DNA of 64,000 nt from Candidatus Poribacteria bacterium (GCA_965215265.1 OZ244048.1:4032001-4096000), one strand, 5' to 3'. Numbered from the stretch's first letter, positions 29,901 to 38,414 are shown. Notes: a model not told the origin generated them from the sequence alone. A program made the numbers and translations.

Positions 29901-30244
29901 GCATGAACACCATCCGCGGCTATGCAGAACGCGGGCTCGGCCCATTAGATAGCACCGGCCGATACCGTGGCGATGTACGCCTTATCTTCAACACGGAGCT
30001 GCGCTCCCCCAATTATGCGCTGTTTGATATCCTCCATCTTGGCGGCGTGGCGTTCTTTGATACGGGGAATGTATGGGGTTCAGTGGACGACATTGCCTTA
30101 GAGACGTTGCCTTCCGCAGTTGGTGTAGGGCTCCGCTTAACCTGGGGACCCATCACAGGCGGGATTGATTATGCTGTACCCCTACTTTCTATTCCAGGTG
30201 TTTCAGAAAATACATCCTATTTACAACTCGGAAGCACCTTTTAA
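26951..30244 (+). CDS. Omp85 family outer-membrane protein (BamA/TamA-like) with POTRA repeats
   Basis: POTRA-like motifs (VTFSGN, YEKTGY), FERFWAGGMNTIRGY, FFDTGNVW and terminal Phe. Confidence 0.88.
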   Translation: MGMRHKLAVQFAKCSFFGNLLVFFTFTFVCYGLQELPRASADVSGDIGVSEAITSETQQGLPVHNSDENLYENLIVRKIDYDIDGVPVYETAVRNRLREQTFLKIGTPISRFDVQRSVKSLYSSAAYSQINVYAQVISEGVVLKFQLTSVARIEKIEVKGVPDGLRSAIQNTIQSKPGEAYVPVFAKNDVERIKRVCGEHGYFNVKALFKIDTIVSDSAERIVPEGRVNSSREDESLNLSDTSKARALIYQITLGTPSRIAGLQIRGHAAMSAGRIKAACRLGIDDIYRKTAVEADIQSIRELYRKNRYYTPIIVPHFDPKTGVLQFRIDEGKQVLLEFVASDIKIDEKALIEEARFSSTSPALWQQSIIRYFEKRGYIGTTVDEIPLAVGPLKGKGGIKFIINPGVRYVVTRVTFSGNQVFSAAQLLQEMELHPTEGVWRLFGKKRFFDKQILKKDRQRLKILYEKTGYPYASIETIATPDKDNANKQNIGEMAIHVIITESYKEVIHRCRFQGNRAVGTDILLQHLPSDFQLPQPNVRFVRIAYQNAVEKSYHERGYIDVTVEARYIAQTETPIFQVEADFSEALDEGRLPGKLQMEFVNRDLPLAGTFIALKIGELWSIQDVAGNPRYSLIQRQTYLEVFEHGMLHLNIFEGEQSYFGKFHFEGELDVKSYVLTREVAHLQGTLYTPTKLNEAVQNLYDTGIFQRVQPKHKPRGTTTATSTPGTSLWVAGKRTEKDTYPATILPKHISHQHRETWIELQRQKPGAYGGGIGYSSLDGIRLSFRLRHWNLLQRNIRGSLRGRLGTRGYLYDATLTEPWLVRRIHGSLQFSGRNLEEDDNVQALQGNFILSRKFARAHLLNLQYNYRNLRQQVEENLRDISFSELEAQRTTVSSLRFTWAHDSRSPYLNPTSGMLNEVTLEYAGGFLQGETSFVKTTTDFRYYQQLSTSGPVLATALRFGITNGLGSNRRAELISFERFWAGGMNTIRGYAERGLGPLDSTGRYRGDVRLIFNTELRSPNYALFDILHLGGVAFFDTGNVWGSVDDIALETLPSAVGVGLRLTWGPITGGIDYAVPLLSIPGVSENTSYLQLGSTF
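27610..27641. repeat. Family 3 palindrome, in-frame in the Omp85 gene
   Basis: AAGAATTGTCCCCG...GGGTGAATTCTT matches 32759-32790. Confidence 0.7.
29141..29181. repeat. Family 2 palindrome (internally deleted), in-frame in the Omp85 gene
   Basis: GTGGCAGGGAAAAGG...ATACCTATCCTGCCAC. Confidence 0.7.
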
Positions 30245-30251
30245 TTTTCCC

Positions 30252-30421
30252 TTTTTCGTATATTTCAGTCCCATCAACGTCTATATTTTGATAACTCGTG
30301 TATAAATCTCGTCTGAGCCGTTCGATGTTTTGATTTTTAAAGACTATACCTAAGTCATCTCCGACGAATAAGAAGTTCTCCCTGCGAGTGGCAGGGACAA
30401 TTCTTAACGGAGATATACAAA
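30252..30421. repeat. 161-bp dyad element, family 1 copy D, between convergent genes
   Basis: GTATAT 30258; AAATCTCGTCTGAG 30304; TTTAAA; CTCCGACGA; ATATAC ending 30418; the right arm contains a family 3 hairpin. Confidence 0.85.
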
Positions 30422-31348
30422 TTAATCGGCGGAAAACGGTTTCCCTAATGCAAGGGGGGCCTCTGCTCGTCCGACGCATCCAGCTAAGACGGCTAAGCAC
30501 AAGACATAAGGGAGCATCAACAACAATTGGTACGGGATGTTCCAGCCCAATGCCTGAATACGGACATCCAGAGCACTGCCAAGTCCAAAAAGCAACGCTG
30601 CACCACACGCTTTGACAGGGTGCCACTTTCCAAAAATGACGATTGCCAATGCGATAAACCCGCGTCCGACCGTCATGCCGGGGGTAAAATATGGAACATC
30701 TGCCAACGAAAGATAGCCGCCTGCCATACCTGCTATCGTGCCTGCAAATAGGAGGCACCACGTTCGTAATCGAACGACGTTTCCCCCCACCGCTGAAACT
30801 GCCTTTGGATGCTCACCGCATGCCCGAATCAGGAGCCCTGCACGCGTATGGTAGAGAAACAGATACACGCACGGCACTAGTAAGAACGTTATAAATACCA
30901 GAACGTTGTGTGTAAAGAGTGCCTCCCCGACAAAAGGGATTCGCCAGAGCAGTGGAATCTTGACGGTTTTGAACGCAGCAACCCGAAGTGCACTCCCCGT
31001 TACGCCAAAAAGCCTTTGATAGATGACTTCTGTCAATCCTAATGCTAACAGCGTCATCGCTGTTCCCACGATGACTTGATCTCCGCGGAGCCTGAGCGCA
31101 ACGAGTGCAAAAACTGCTGCTGTAACAAAGCCGCTTGAGCCTGCGACGAGAAGCCCTATCCACGGGGCGAGGAGGCCTAATTCTGCACTGTAGAACGAAC
31201 CGACCATGCCGAAAAACGCCCCGATGAGCATCATGCCTTCAATACCGATGTTAATCACGCCTGCTCGCTGCGAGATGACTTCGCCTAACGCTGCGAGTAG
31301 GAGGGGTGTTGCGCCTCGAATTGTTGCGGAAATAATATCTTCAAACAT
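30422..31348 (-). CDS. Nucleoside/sugar ABC transporter permease (NupC/YufQ-like)
   Basis: ATPLLLAALGE, GVINIGIEGMM, RACGEHP and GRGFIALA motifs. Confidence 0.9.
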   Translation of the reverse strand: MFEDIISATIRGATPLLLAALGEVISQRAGVINIGIEGMMLIGAFFGMVGSFYSAELGLLAPWIGLLVAGSSGFVTAAVFALVALRLRGDQVIVGTAMTLLALGLTEVIYQRLFGVTGSALRVAAFKTVKIPLLWRIPFVGEALFTHNVLVFITFLLVPCVYLFLYHTRAGLLIRACGEHPKAVSAVGGNVVRLRTWCLLFAGTIAGMAGGYLSLADVPYFTPGMTVGRGFIALAIVIFGKWHPVKACGAALLFGLGSALDVRIQALGWNIPYQLLLMLPYVLCLAVLAGCVGRAEAPLALGKPFSAD

Positions 31349-31717
31349 TTTTATATATCTCCGTACCATCAAAGGTTATGTTGTGTCAACTCCGATGTAA
31401 ATCTCGTCGGAGGTTAACTAGGTATAGTCTTTAAAATCTAAACATAAACGGCTCAGGCGAGATTTGTGCTAAGGTGTTCATTACATCTGTTGTGTTGTGC
31501 GCCTGTATACGAAAATGGCTCAGGCGAGATTTGTGCTAAGGTGTTCATTACATCTGTTGTGTTGTGCGCCTGTATACGAAAATGGCTCAGGCGAGATTTG
31601 TGCTAAGGTGTTCATTACATCTGTTGTGTTGTGCGCCTGTATACGAAAACGGCTCAGGCGAGATTTTCACAGTCATTGACAATACATCAGGCGTTATCGG
31701 GCTTAAATATACAAAAA
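31348..31717. repeat. Family 1 copy E with a tandem array of right arms (3 x 67 bp plus a fourth, different arm)
   Basis: 67-bp units start at 31450, 31517 and 31584; the fourth unit at 31651 has a different interior. Confidence 0.9.
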
Positions 31718-32817
31718 TTTGACCAAAAATCCATTTTGATGGAACTATAGCCGATGACGTATAGAAGGAGTGTTGCCTGCATGACGAACGTGACTTTGTC
31801 AGAGATGCCGACGCTCCTCTGCATCGCATAGGAACCGGTGGTCAGTGTTCCAAACAAGAGTGCTGAGCCAATTGTGACAAGTGGATGCAATTTGGCGAGG
31901 AGAGCAACTGCAATAGCGGTGTACCCGTAGCCGGGCGAGAAATTCAGAAACAGGCGGCGTGTTAGTGCCATTAATTCAATCGCGCCTCCGAGTCCAGCCA
32001 ACAAGCCGCTGATGAAAAAGACGCGAAGTGTATTCTGAAAAATAGAAATCCCAGCGGCTTCTGCCGCCGGTGGCCCGTCGCCGACTGCACGCAGTTGATA
32101 CCCGTATGTCGTCCGGAATAAGACAAACGTCAGCCCTATTGCCAGTATCACTGCGATGACAATTCCGAGATGGATGCGGTGCGGTGGAAAGAGCCGGGGG
32201 AGAAACATCCATTCTGGTAACCGGTCACTCTGCGGTCCACGGTGCATCGCTTCTTGTAATGGTCCGCCATCTATCATCATGTTAACTAAATAGATTGCGA
32301 CGTAATTTAACATGATTGTGCTAATGACTTCATTGACACCTCGCGTAGTCTTAAGGATTGCCGGTAAGAGTCCCCATATTCCTCCTGCGAGTGCCCCGAA
32401 TGCTAAACCGAGTGGAACCGCCAGCCACGGTGTCGTCGGCAATAGAACAGAGAGCTTTGTCCCGAACCAGGTCGTTGCCAATGCGCCCATTAACAACTGA
32501 CCTTCTGCACCGATATTCCAGATGCCACACCTGAACGCGAGGACAACAGAGAGCCCTGTCATCAGAAACGGCGTACTTTTCACGAACGTTTCGCCCAATT
32601 TCCGGCTGTTTCCGAAGGCCCCTGCGCCGGCGGCAGCGTATGCGTCTAACGGATTGTAACCACATAGCAACATAATGATGGCGTTTGTAAAAAATGCGCT
32701 TGCCAGAATCATCACCGGAACAGCTGCGTATTTCAAAAATTTAAGTTCGGCAAACGTTAAGAATTGTCCCCGCAAGCGGGGTGAATTCTTATTTCTCACA
32801 TGATTCAGATTAGTCAT
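31687..32817 (-). CDS. Nucleoside/sugar ABC transporter permease (NupB/YufP-like)
   Basis: NIGAEGQ, VNEVISTIMLNY, GYQLRAVG and GYGYTAIAVALL motifs. Confidence 0.9.
   Translation of the reverse strand: MTNLNHVRNKNSPRLRGQFLTFAELKFLKYAAVPVMILASAFFTNAIIMLLCGYNPLDAYAAAGAGAFGNSRKLGETFVKSTPFLMTGLSVVLAFRCGIWNIGAEGQLLMGALATTWFGTKLSVLLPTTPWLAVPLGLAFGALAGGIWGLLPAILKTTRGVNEVISTIMLNYVAIYLVNMMIDGGPLQEAMHRGPQSDRLPEWMFLPRLFPPHRIHLGIVIAVILAIGLTFVLFRTTYGYQLRAVGDGPPAAEAAGISIFQNTLRVFFISGLLAGLGGAIELMALTRRLFLNFSPGYGYTAIAVALLAKLHPLVTIGSALLFGTLTTGSYAMQRSVGISDKVTFVMQATLLLYVIGYSSIKMDFWSNFCIFKPDNA
32759..32790. repeat. Family 3 palindrome in the N-terminal coding region of the ABC permease
   Basis: AAGAATTGTCCCCGCAAGCGGGGTGAATTCTT; flanks match the reverse complement of 30367-30409. 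Confidence 0.75.
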
Positions 32818-34369
32818 CTGGTTTCGTTTCTCCAGTCATCAACAATCCGAGTGCGGCTATATCGTCGCGCTGCTCAGTCGCTTCATGTAATTTTCCGCTT
32901 GACATGACATAGAGTCGATCGCTCAACTGAAGCACTTCGTCAAGTTCCGTTGAAATTAACAGTACCGATTTATTTGCATCGCGCTGCGCTAGGAGGTTTC
33001 GATGCACATAATTCATAGCACTCACATCTAACCCTCGGGTTGGGTTCACGGCAATGAGGAGCTCAGGACCTGTGCCTGCCCCGTGTGACATTTCGCGAGC
33101 GAGGACGACTTTCTGTTGATTTCCGCCGGAAAGCGCGTCAGCAGCCAGATTCGCCGTAGGCGGGCGAACATCATAGTCCGAAATCAAACGTGCTGTCGTT
33201 TCACGTTTCCTTTTCTGACTGAGTACACTCCATCGACTGTGTTCGTTTAAGTGCGACACACTTAGCAAAAGGTTTTCTGCAATTGAAAAAGAGCCGATGA
33301 TACCTATCGTCTGTCTATCCTCTGGAATATACCCAACCCCGAGCATCCGGACGGCTTTCGTGCCTTGTGGTTCAGTTCCGAGTATCTCTATTGTTCCGCG
33401 GGTCTTTTTTCGCAGCCCCATAATTGTCTCTGCTAGTTCGCGTTGTCCATTTCCGTCAACGCCGGCTATGCCGACAATTTCGCCTCGTTTTGTTTGTAGA
33501 GAGACATCAGTGACAGCGAGTTCGTTGCGAGTACCTCGGACGGTGAGGCGAGAAATGTTTAGCACTACGTCTGCGGTTGTGTGATGTTCTTCTCGGACGA
33601 GTTCCGTGATTTCTTCACCGAGCATCTCTTTCGCAAGTTCCCGTGCTGTCAATTCTCCTGTTTTACCGAGGTAGACTTTTTTGCCCCGCCGTAACACTGT
33701 AATCCTATCGCTGATGTGTAGGACTTCCTTCATCTTGTGGCTGATTAAGATAATGGAACGGTTATCTGTCTTTAGGTTGTGAAGAATGGTGAAGAAGTCT
33801 TCTACTTCGTGGGGGCTCAGCACCGCGGTCGGTTCATCAAGGATAAGAATGCGTGCGTCCATAGCCAGTGCCTTTAAGATTTCAACCCGCTGCTTTAACC
33901 CGACTGAAAGTGTTCTGATGATAGCATTTGCATCGACGGCAAGCCCGAACTGCTGCGATAGGGCTTCCGTAGTGCGCACGGCCTCTGCTTTCTTAAAGCG
34001 ATATTTTTGTATGATGGCGGATAGCGGATTCGAGGTATTTGGCGGTTGCGTTTTAAGGCTCAGGGCGATGTTTTCGGCAACGCTCAGGTTCTCAATTAGC
34101 ATAAAGTGCTGATGCACCATCCCGATGCCGTTGGCAATGGCATCTCGTGGCGAGCGGAAGACTTTGTGTTTTCCGGAAATATAGATGCTCCCATTAGACG
34201 GTTGGTAGAGGCCATAAATGAGATTCATCAAGGTTGACTTCCCAGCCCCGTTCTCACCCAAAACGGCGTGAATTTCGGATTTTCTCAAGGCAAAATCGAC
34301 TTTGTCAACTGCAACCAGGGAGCCAAACGTCTTGGTTATGTTCTGGAGTTGTAAGATATTTTCTTCCAT
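32810..34369 (-). CDS. Nucleoside/sugar ABC transporter ATP-binding protein (NupA/YufO-like)
   Basis: GENGAGKST, LILDEPT, LSGGNQQK and PTRGLD; two NBDs; start MEENIL. Confidence 0.92.
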   Translation of the reverse strand: MEENILQLQNITKTFGSLVAVDKVDFALRKSEIHAVLGENGAGKSTLMNLIYGLYQPSNGSIYISGKHKVFRSPRDAIANGIGMVHQHFMLIENLSVAENIALSLKTQPPNTSNPLSAIIQKYRFKKAEAVRTTEALSQQFGLAVDANAIIRTLSVGLKQRVEILKALAMDARILILDEPTAVLSPHEVEDFFTILHNLKTDNRSIILISHKMKEVLHISDRITVLRRGKKVYLGKTGELTARELAKEMLGEEITELVREEHHTTADVVLNISRLTVRGTRNELAVTDVSLQTKRGEIVGIAGVDGNGQRELAETIMGLRKKTRGTIEILGTEPQGTKAVRMLGVGYIPEDRQTIGIIGSFSIAENLLLSVSHLNEHSRWSVLSQKRKRETTARLISDYDVRPPTANLAADALSGGNQQKVVLAREMSHGAGTGPELLIAVNPTRGLDVSAMNYVHRNLLAQRDANKSVLLISTELDEVLQLSDRLYVMSSGKLHEATEQRDDIAALGLLMTGETKPDD

Positions 34370-34401
34370 TGAAATCGCGCTTCGCAGTTTATCCGGACAA
34401 A

Positions 34402-35298
34402 TTAACGTTGTGCCCACCGTGCTGTACGTGCAGTAGTCAACCCGCCATCGTACGCCACAATGCGAAGTGAGATTGTCCAACTCTTGCCTGCTGGTGTTGA
34501 TATCGCGTCTCTCCACGTCGGGTTGTAGAGTGCCATGCCGTAGTCGCGGATAAACCAGGGACCGCGAATTCCTTCGTTGAGAATTGTCATCCAGATGCCG
34601 AAGTGCCCGTGTCCAGGGAGACGGTTTTGGTATGCAACAAAGTCTGAGTCACTCTCGTGAACGACTTCGGCATCACCTGCTCGGTTATTGTCGCCCAGGA
34701 TAACGCCCCCCATAACCGGCAGCAGCCTCGGTTCAACGCGAATCCCGATGCTCCCATACTTAGTCTGCGGATAGGTAACATCCCCATAAGCGGCGACTTT
34801 CTCGCTTGTCATATCACAGACAGTGGCATCGCAGAGTGCACTGAGATTTACCGTGCGGGTTTCCTCGATGAGAGGTTTCTCATTCGCGTCACGCCAAATA
34901 ACATTTTGAATGAATTTAACGCCGTCCGCGTGCGGCATAATGTCTATTTCTTTTTGTGTATCCATCCGTCCGAGGTTCGTGAAAATTTTGTCTGTAAAGG
35001 AGCGCCGTGGCGGTGCCGCCCAAAAGTTAGCTTCCCTTTTTTGCCCGGTTTCTTCTGATATAGGTGTGCTACTGTCAATCGCACCGGTTACAGAAACAGG
35101 TCCTTGTCCGACAAAGACACCGTTGTGAAACGGATGATCGAAGGCGAATTCCTGAATGACGGTATGTCCGGCGGGGGTATAGAGCGGAAAGACAAAAGGA
35201 CGGTAAAAGTTGGCACCGACACCTCCTAAACAGCGGCCCGTATTGCTTTCAATAACTAAGTGTGTTTTTGCATTGACTTTGACTTCGAAGTTACTCAT
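34402..35298 (-). CDS. DUF6807/'PmoA-like' beta-sandwich protein
   Basis: RPFVFPLYTPAG, DHPFHNG, YGSIGIR and WFIRDYG motifs. Confidence 0.65.
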   Translation of the reverse strand: MSNFEVKVNAKTHLVIESNTGRCLGGVGANFYRPFVFPLYTPAGHTVIQEFAFDHPFHNGVFVGQGPVSVTGAIDSSTPISEETGQKREANFWAAPPRRSFTDKIFTNLGRMDTQKEIDIMPHADGVKFIQNVIWRDANEKPLIEETRTVNLSALCDATVCDMTSEKVAAYGDVTYPQTKYGSIGIRVEPRLLPVMGGVILGDNNRAGDAEVVHESDSDFVAYQNRLPGHGHFGIWMTILNEGIRGPWFIRDYGMALYNPTWRDAISTPAGKSWTISLRIVAYDGGLTTARTARWAQR

Positions 35299-35601
35299 AA
35301 TTTTCTCGTTCCGTAACAGGTCTGATAAGGCACATCGTAAACGTAGATTTATTTTGGCAGCTCACCCGACTCGTTGGCGAATTTTCGTGGTTCTCTAGCT
35401 CAGAGAATATATTGATTGTACACAACTAGACACTCTTTTGTAGTTTACCATAGAAGTCTCATTTTTTGTTAGCAAAAAATTGGGTTTTCATATATAATAC
35501 AAACGGTCTTCATTCATATATGCGAAGAAATTTTCTGTGTTTTGTTCTGAAATGCCGTTTGATTAGCGTGAAGATTGAATGAAAAGAAAAAGGAATTTAT
35601 T

Positions 35602-36372
35602 ATGCAAAGAAGACGCGCTAGAGCGCGATACTGTAAAGGGGAGTTAATTGAACGCGAAGACTTCTCTGAAGATTTAGCAGCGTTCAAATTTCGTACGGAG
35701 AAAGCACTTCCGTTTATTCCGGGGCAATACGCAACTATCGGTTTTGAAATTGGGGAAAAGATTGTCCAGCGTCCCTACTCTATTGTCTCTTCCCCCCATG
35801 AGCCGTTCATGGAAGTTTTTGTGGAATTGGTACCGGAAGGCGAAACTACCCCGCTCTTTTGGGAACTGAAACTTGGGGACTACGTTTTTTTCCGGGAACG
35901 TCTCGTCGGGAAGTTTATATTGGATACACAGAGCGGCTTGACTCGGCATCTGATGGCAGGAACGGTTACGGGGGCGGCCCCATACATTAGTATTGCACGT
36001 ACGCAAAAAATCGAGCAAGAACGCGGGGAACCGAGTCCACATCAGATTTTGTCAATTGTCGGGGCGAGCCGTTCATGGGAACTTGGATACTACTTGGATG
36101 AACTCAACGAACTCGCTGCACAAGAAGAGTGGTTCACCTTTATTCCTACGGTGAGCCGTCCCTGGGAAGATCCCGAATGGCAAGGTGAAAGTGGGCGCGC
36201 TGAAGATGTGATTCGTAAATATGGGGACGCGCACGGCTTCGACCGGACGAGCGCTGTTGTTTATGCTTGTGGGCACCCACAAATGATTGAGAATGCTAAA
36301 GCAATCTGGGCACGGGCACGTTTTCCGGAAGAACAGATTAAAGAGGAAAAATTCTTTGTGATTAAACAGTAG
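35602..36372 (+). CDS. fpr: Ferredoxin--NADP(+) reductase
   Basis: FIPGQY, RPYSIVS, TVSRP, YACGHPQMI and EEKF motifs. Confidence 0.85.
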   Translation: MQRRRARARYCKGELIEREDFSEDLAAFKFRTEKALPFIPGQYATIGFEIGEKIVQRPYSIVSSPHEPFMEVFVELVPEGETTPLFWELKLGDYVFFRERLVGKFILDTQSGLTRHLMAGTVTGAAPYISIARTQKIEQERGEPSPHQILSIVGASRSWELGYYLDELNELAAQEEWFTFIPTVSRPWEDPEWQGESGRAEDVIRKYGDAHGFDRTSAVVYACGHPQMIENAKAIWARARFPEEQIKEEKFFVIKQ

Positions 36373-36437
36373 CTTTCCGTTTCAATATCGACTGCGCTGC
36401 TGCGCCTTGATATCTACCCAATTCGTAATCATCTCGT

Positions 36438-36496
36438 AAATCTCGTCGGAGTGATTCCAGTGTCCTTCCCGCATCGCTATTCCTCCGACGAGATTT
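36438..36496. repeat. Family 1 core-only variant (perfect 14-bp inverted repeat)
   Basis: AAATCTCGTCGGAG ... CTCCGACGAGATTT around an unrelated 31-bp interior. Confidence 0.75.
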
Positions 36497-36525
36497 TTTG
36501 TTTTTATTGCTGGATATGAATAAAG

Positions 36526-37098
36526 ATGAATTCTTCAAAACAAAGGAAAAATAAAAACATCCGCTGGCGGGTTATTTGGCTTGGGCTCGGTCTCATCCCG
36601 TTCAACAATTATTGGGTTTTCGCATCGCTTCGTTGGGACCAAGGCTTCCCGACGACGATGTCCCTCTTTTTTAATTCTATCTTCGCGTTGTGCGTGTTAA
36701 TAACGCTTAATGCCGTGTTTCGCAAATTTTCGCCAGAGGCTGCGCTAACGCAAGGTGAATTACTCACGCTCTATGCGATGCTGTCGATAGCATCGGCTAT
36801 CTGTGGACACGACCTGTTTGAAGTTATCATCACCAACATTGCCACGGTCGGCTGGCTGGCGACTGAAGAGAATGAGTGGGCGACGCTTTTCCATCGATAT
36901 ATCCCGCACTGGCTCGCGCTCACTGATAAAAACCACTTAACTGTCTATTTTACAGGTGAGTCTAGTCTTTATCTCAAGCCGCATCTTGAATTGTGGGGGC
37001 ACCCCGTGCTGGCATGGAGCGGGTTTATCATTGTGCTGCTTTTCACGACGTTTTGCATCTTTGATTCACGCGCCAAACATCGTCCCAATCAAAGCTAA
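36526..37098 (+). pseudogene. Truncated DUF6785-like membrane protein (N-terminal ~190 aa)
   Basis: Aligns by eye with 2063-3979 (FNNYW, SLFFN, ENEW, PVLAWS) but stops before the RKQW motif. Confidence 0.75.
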
Positions 37099-37104
37099 CT
37101 TCTA

Positions 37105-37142
37105 GTAGGGCAATTCATTGTCTGAGGCATAATTCATGCCTA
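37105..37142. repeat. Degenerate GTAG-type REP-like palindromes
   Basis: GTAGGGCAATTCATTGTCT followed by AGGCATAATTCATGCCT. Confidence 0.45.
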
Positions 37143-38414
37143 TGGAGGAGACAGCGGTTCAGCAGTCTCTTTTGTGAGTTTACCGCGGGGAAAAGGAAGC
37201 AGTGGGACGATGTCTTCTGGCAGCTTAGTGCCCGGTTTCGGCTTAAATTTGGCAGCGAGTTCTGGTTCGAGTTCTATCGCTTTTGCATAGTCTTCTATGG
37301 CATCCTCAGTTTTACCTTTTTCGAAGTAAGCAACGCCACGATTGTAATAGGCTTCAGCGAGTTCTGGTTCGAGTTCTATCGCTTTGGTATGGTCTTCGAT
37401 GGCACGATCCAACTCGCCTTTTTCTCTATAAATCGCGCCGCGGTTGCTATAAGCCTCGGCGAGTTCTGGTTCAAGTTCTATCGCTTTTGCATAGTCTTTG
37501 ATGGCGTGATCCAACTCGCCTTTTTCTTTATAAGTCGCGCCGCGGTTGCTATAAGCCTCGGCGAGTTCTGGTTCGAGTTCTATCGCAGCGTTAAAGTCTT
37601 CGATGGCGCGATCCAACTCGCCTTTTTTGCTGTAAGTATTACCGCGATTGTTATATGCATCGGCATAATCCGGTTGAAGTTCTATCGCTTTTGTATAGTC
37701 TTCAATCGCCCGTTCAATCTCGGACATTTTTGCATAAGCGGCACCGCGATTGCAATAAACGCCGGCAAGATCCGGCCTGAGGCGTATCGCCTCATTATGG
37801 TCCTTAATAGCGAAATTTAGCAGTCCTGCTGTCACATAAGCCCTGCCACGATTGCTATACGCCTGGGCAAAGGTTGAGCGAAATTCTATCGCTTTTGTAT
37901 AGTCTTCAATCGCCCGTTCAACATCGCCTTTATCGTCGTGGTAGGCAGCGCCGCGATTGTTATATGCATCGGCATAATCATATTTCAGTTTTATCGCCTC
38001 GTCATAGTCTTCAATGGCGCGGTTGATTTCGGATTTGCGGTGATACGTTAAACCGCGATAGAAATATGCGTGTGCAAAATCAGGTTTGAGTTTTATTGCG
38101 TGTTCCAAGTCTTTAAGGGCACGCTCAAATTCTCCCTTTTTGCTATAAGCCATGCCGCGGTTATTATACGCATACGCGTTGGTTGGCTCGAGTTTTATCG
38201 CTTCGTTATAGTCAGAGATAGCAACATCCACTTGCCCCTTGGCGTAGTGAGCGAACCCGCGGTTTTTGTAGGCTCTGGCAAAATCTGGCTTGAGTTCAAT
38301 AGCCACGTTATAATCCTCAATGGCTTCATCGTACTTGTTCACAGTTAACCGAAAATTTGCGCTTTGAAAATAGTTGTAGGAGCGCTTGTCTGTGTCAGAC
38401 TGCTTATTTTTCAT
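37140..38414 (-). CDS. Tetratricopeptide repeat protein (~11 TPRs)
   Basis: Repeated AY.NRG...AI.D..KAIEL.P; GGAGG SD before ATG 38414; 102-bp DNA periodicity. Confidence 0.92.
   Translation of the reverse strand: MKNKQSDTDKRSYNYFQSANFRLTVNKYDEAIEDYNVAIELKPDFARAYKNRGFAHYAKGQVDVAISDYNEAIKLEPTNAYAYNNRGMAYSKKGEFERALKDLEHAIKLKPDFAHAYFYRGLTYHRKSEINRAIEDYDEAIKLKYDYADAYNNRGAAYHDDKGDVERAIEDYTKAIEFRSTFAQAYSNRGRAYVTAGLLNFAIKDHNEAIRLRPDLAGVYCNRGAAYAKMSEIERAIEDYTKAIELQPDYADAYNNRGNTYSKKGELDRAIEDFNAAIELEPELAEAYSNRGATYKEKGELDHAIKDYAKAIELEPELAEAYSNRGAIYREKGELDRAIEDHTKAIELEPELAEAYYNRGVAYFEKGKTEDAIEDYAKAIELEPELAAKFKPKPGTKLPEDIVPLLPFPRGKLTKETAEPLSPP

Noticed and set aside
30189-30761. 190-aa minus-strand ORF
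   Set aside because: Alternative frame of the permease plus read-through of element D; no family motifs
31450-31717. CRISPR array
   Set aside because: Three units have identical interiors, the unit is the arm of a dispersed element, and no cas genes or leader are present
34402-35298. Methane monooxygenase PmoA
   Set aside because: Soluble protein without TM helices and no pmoB/pmoC; the family name is misleading
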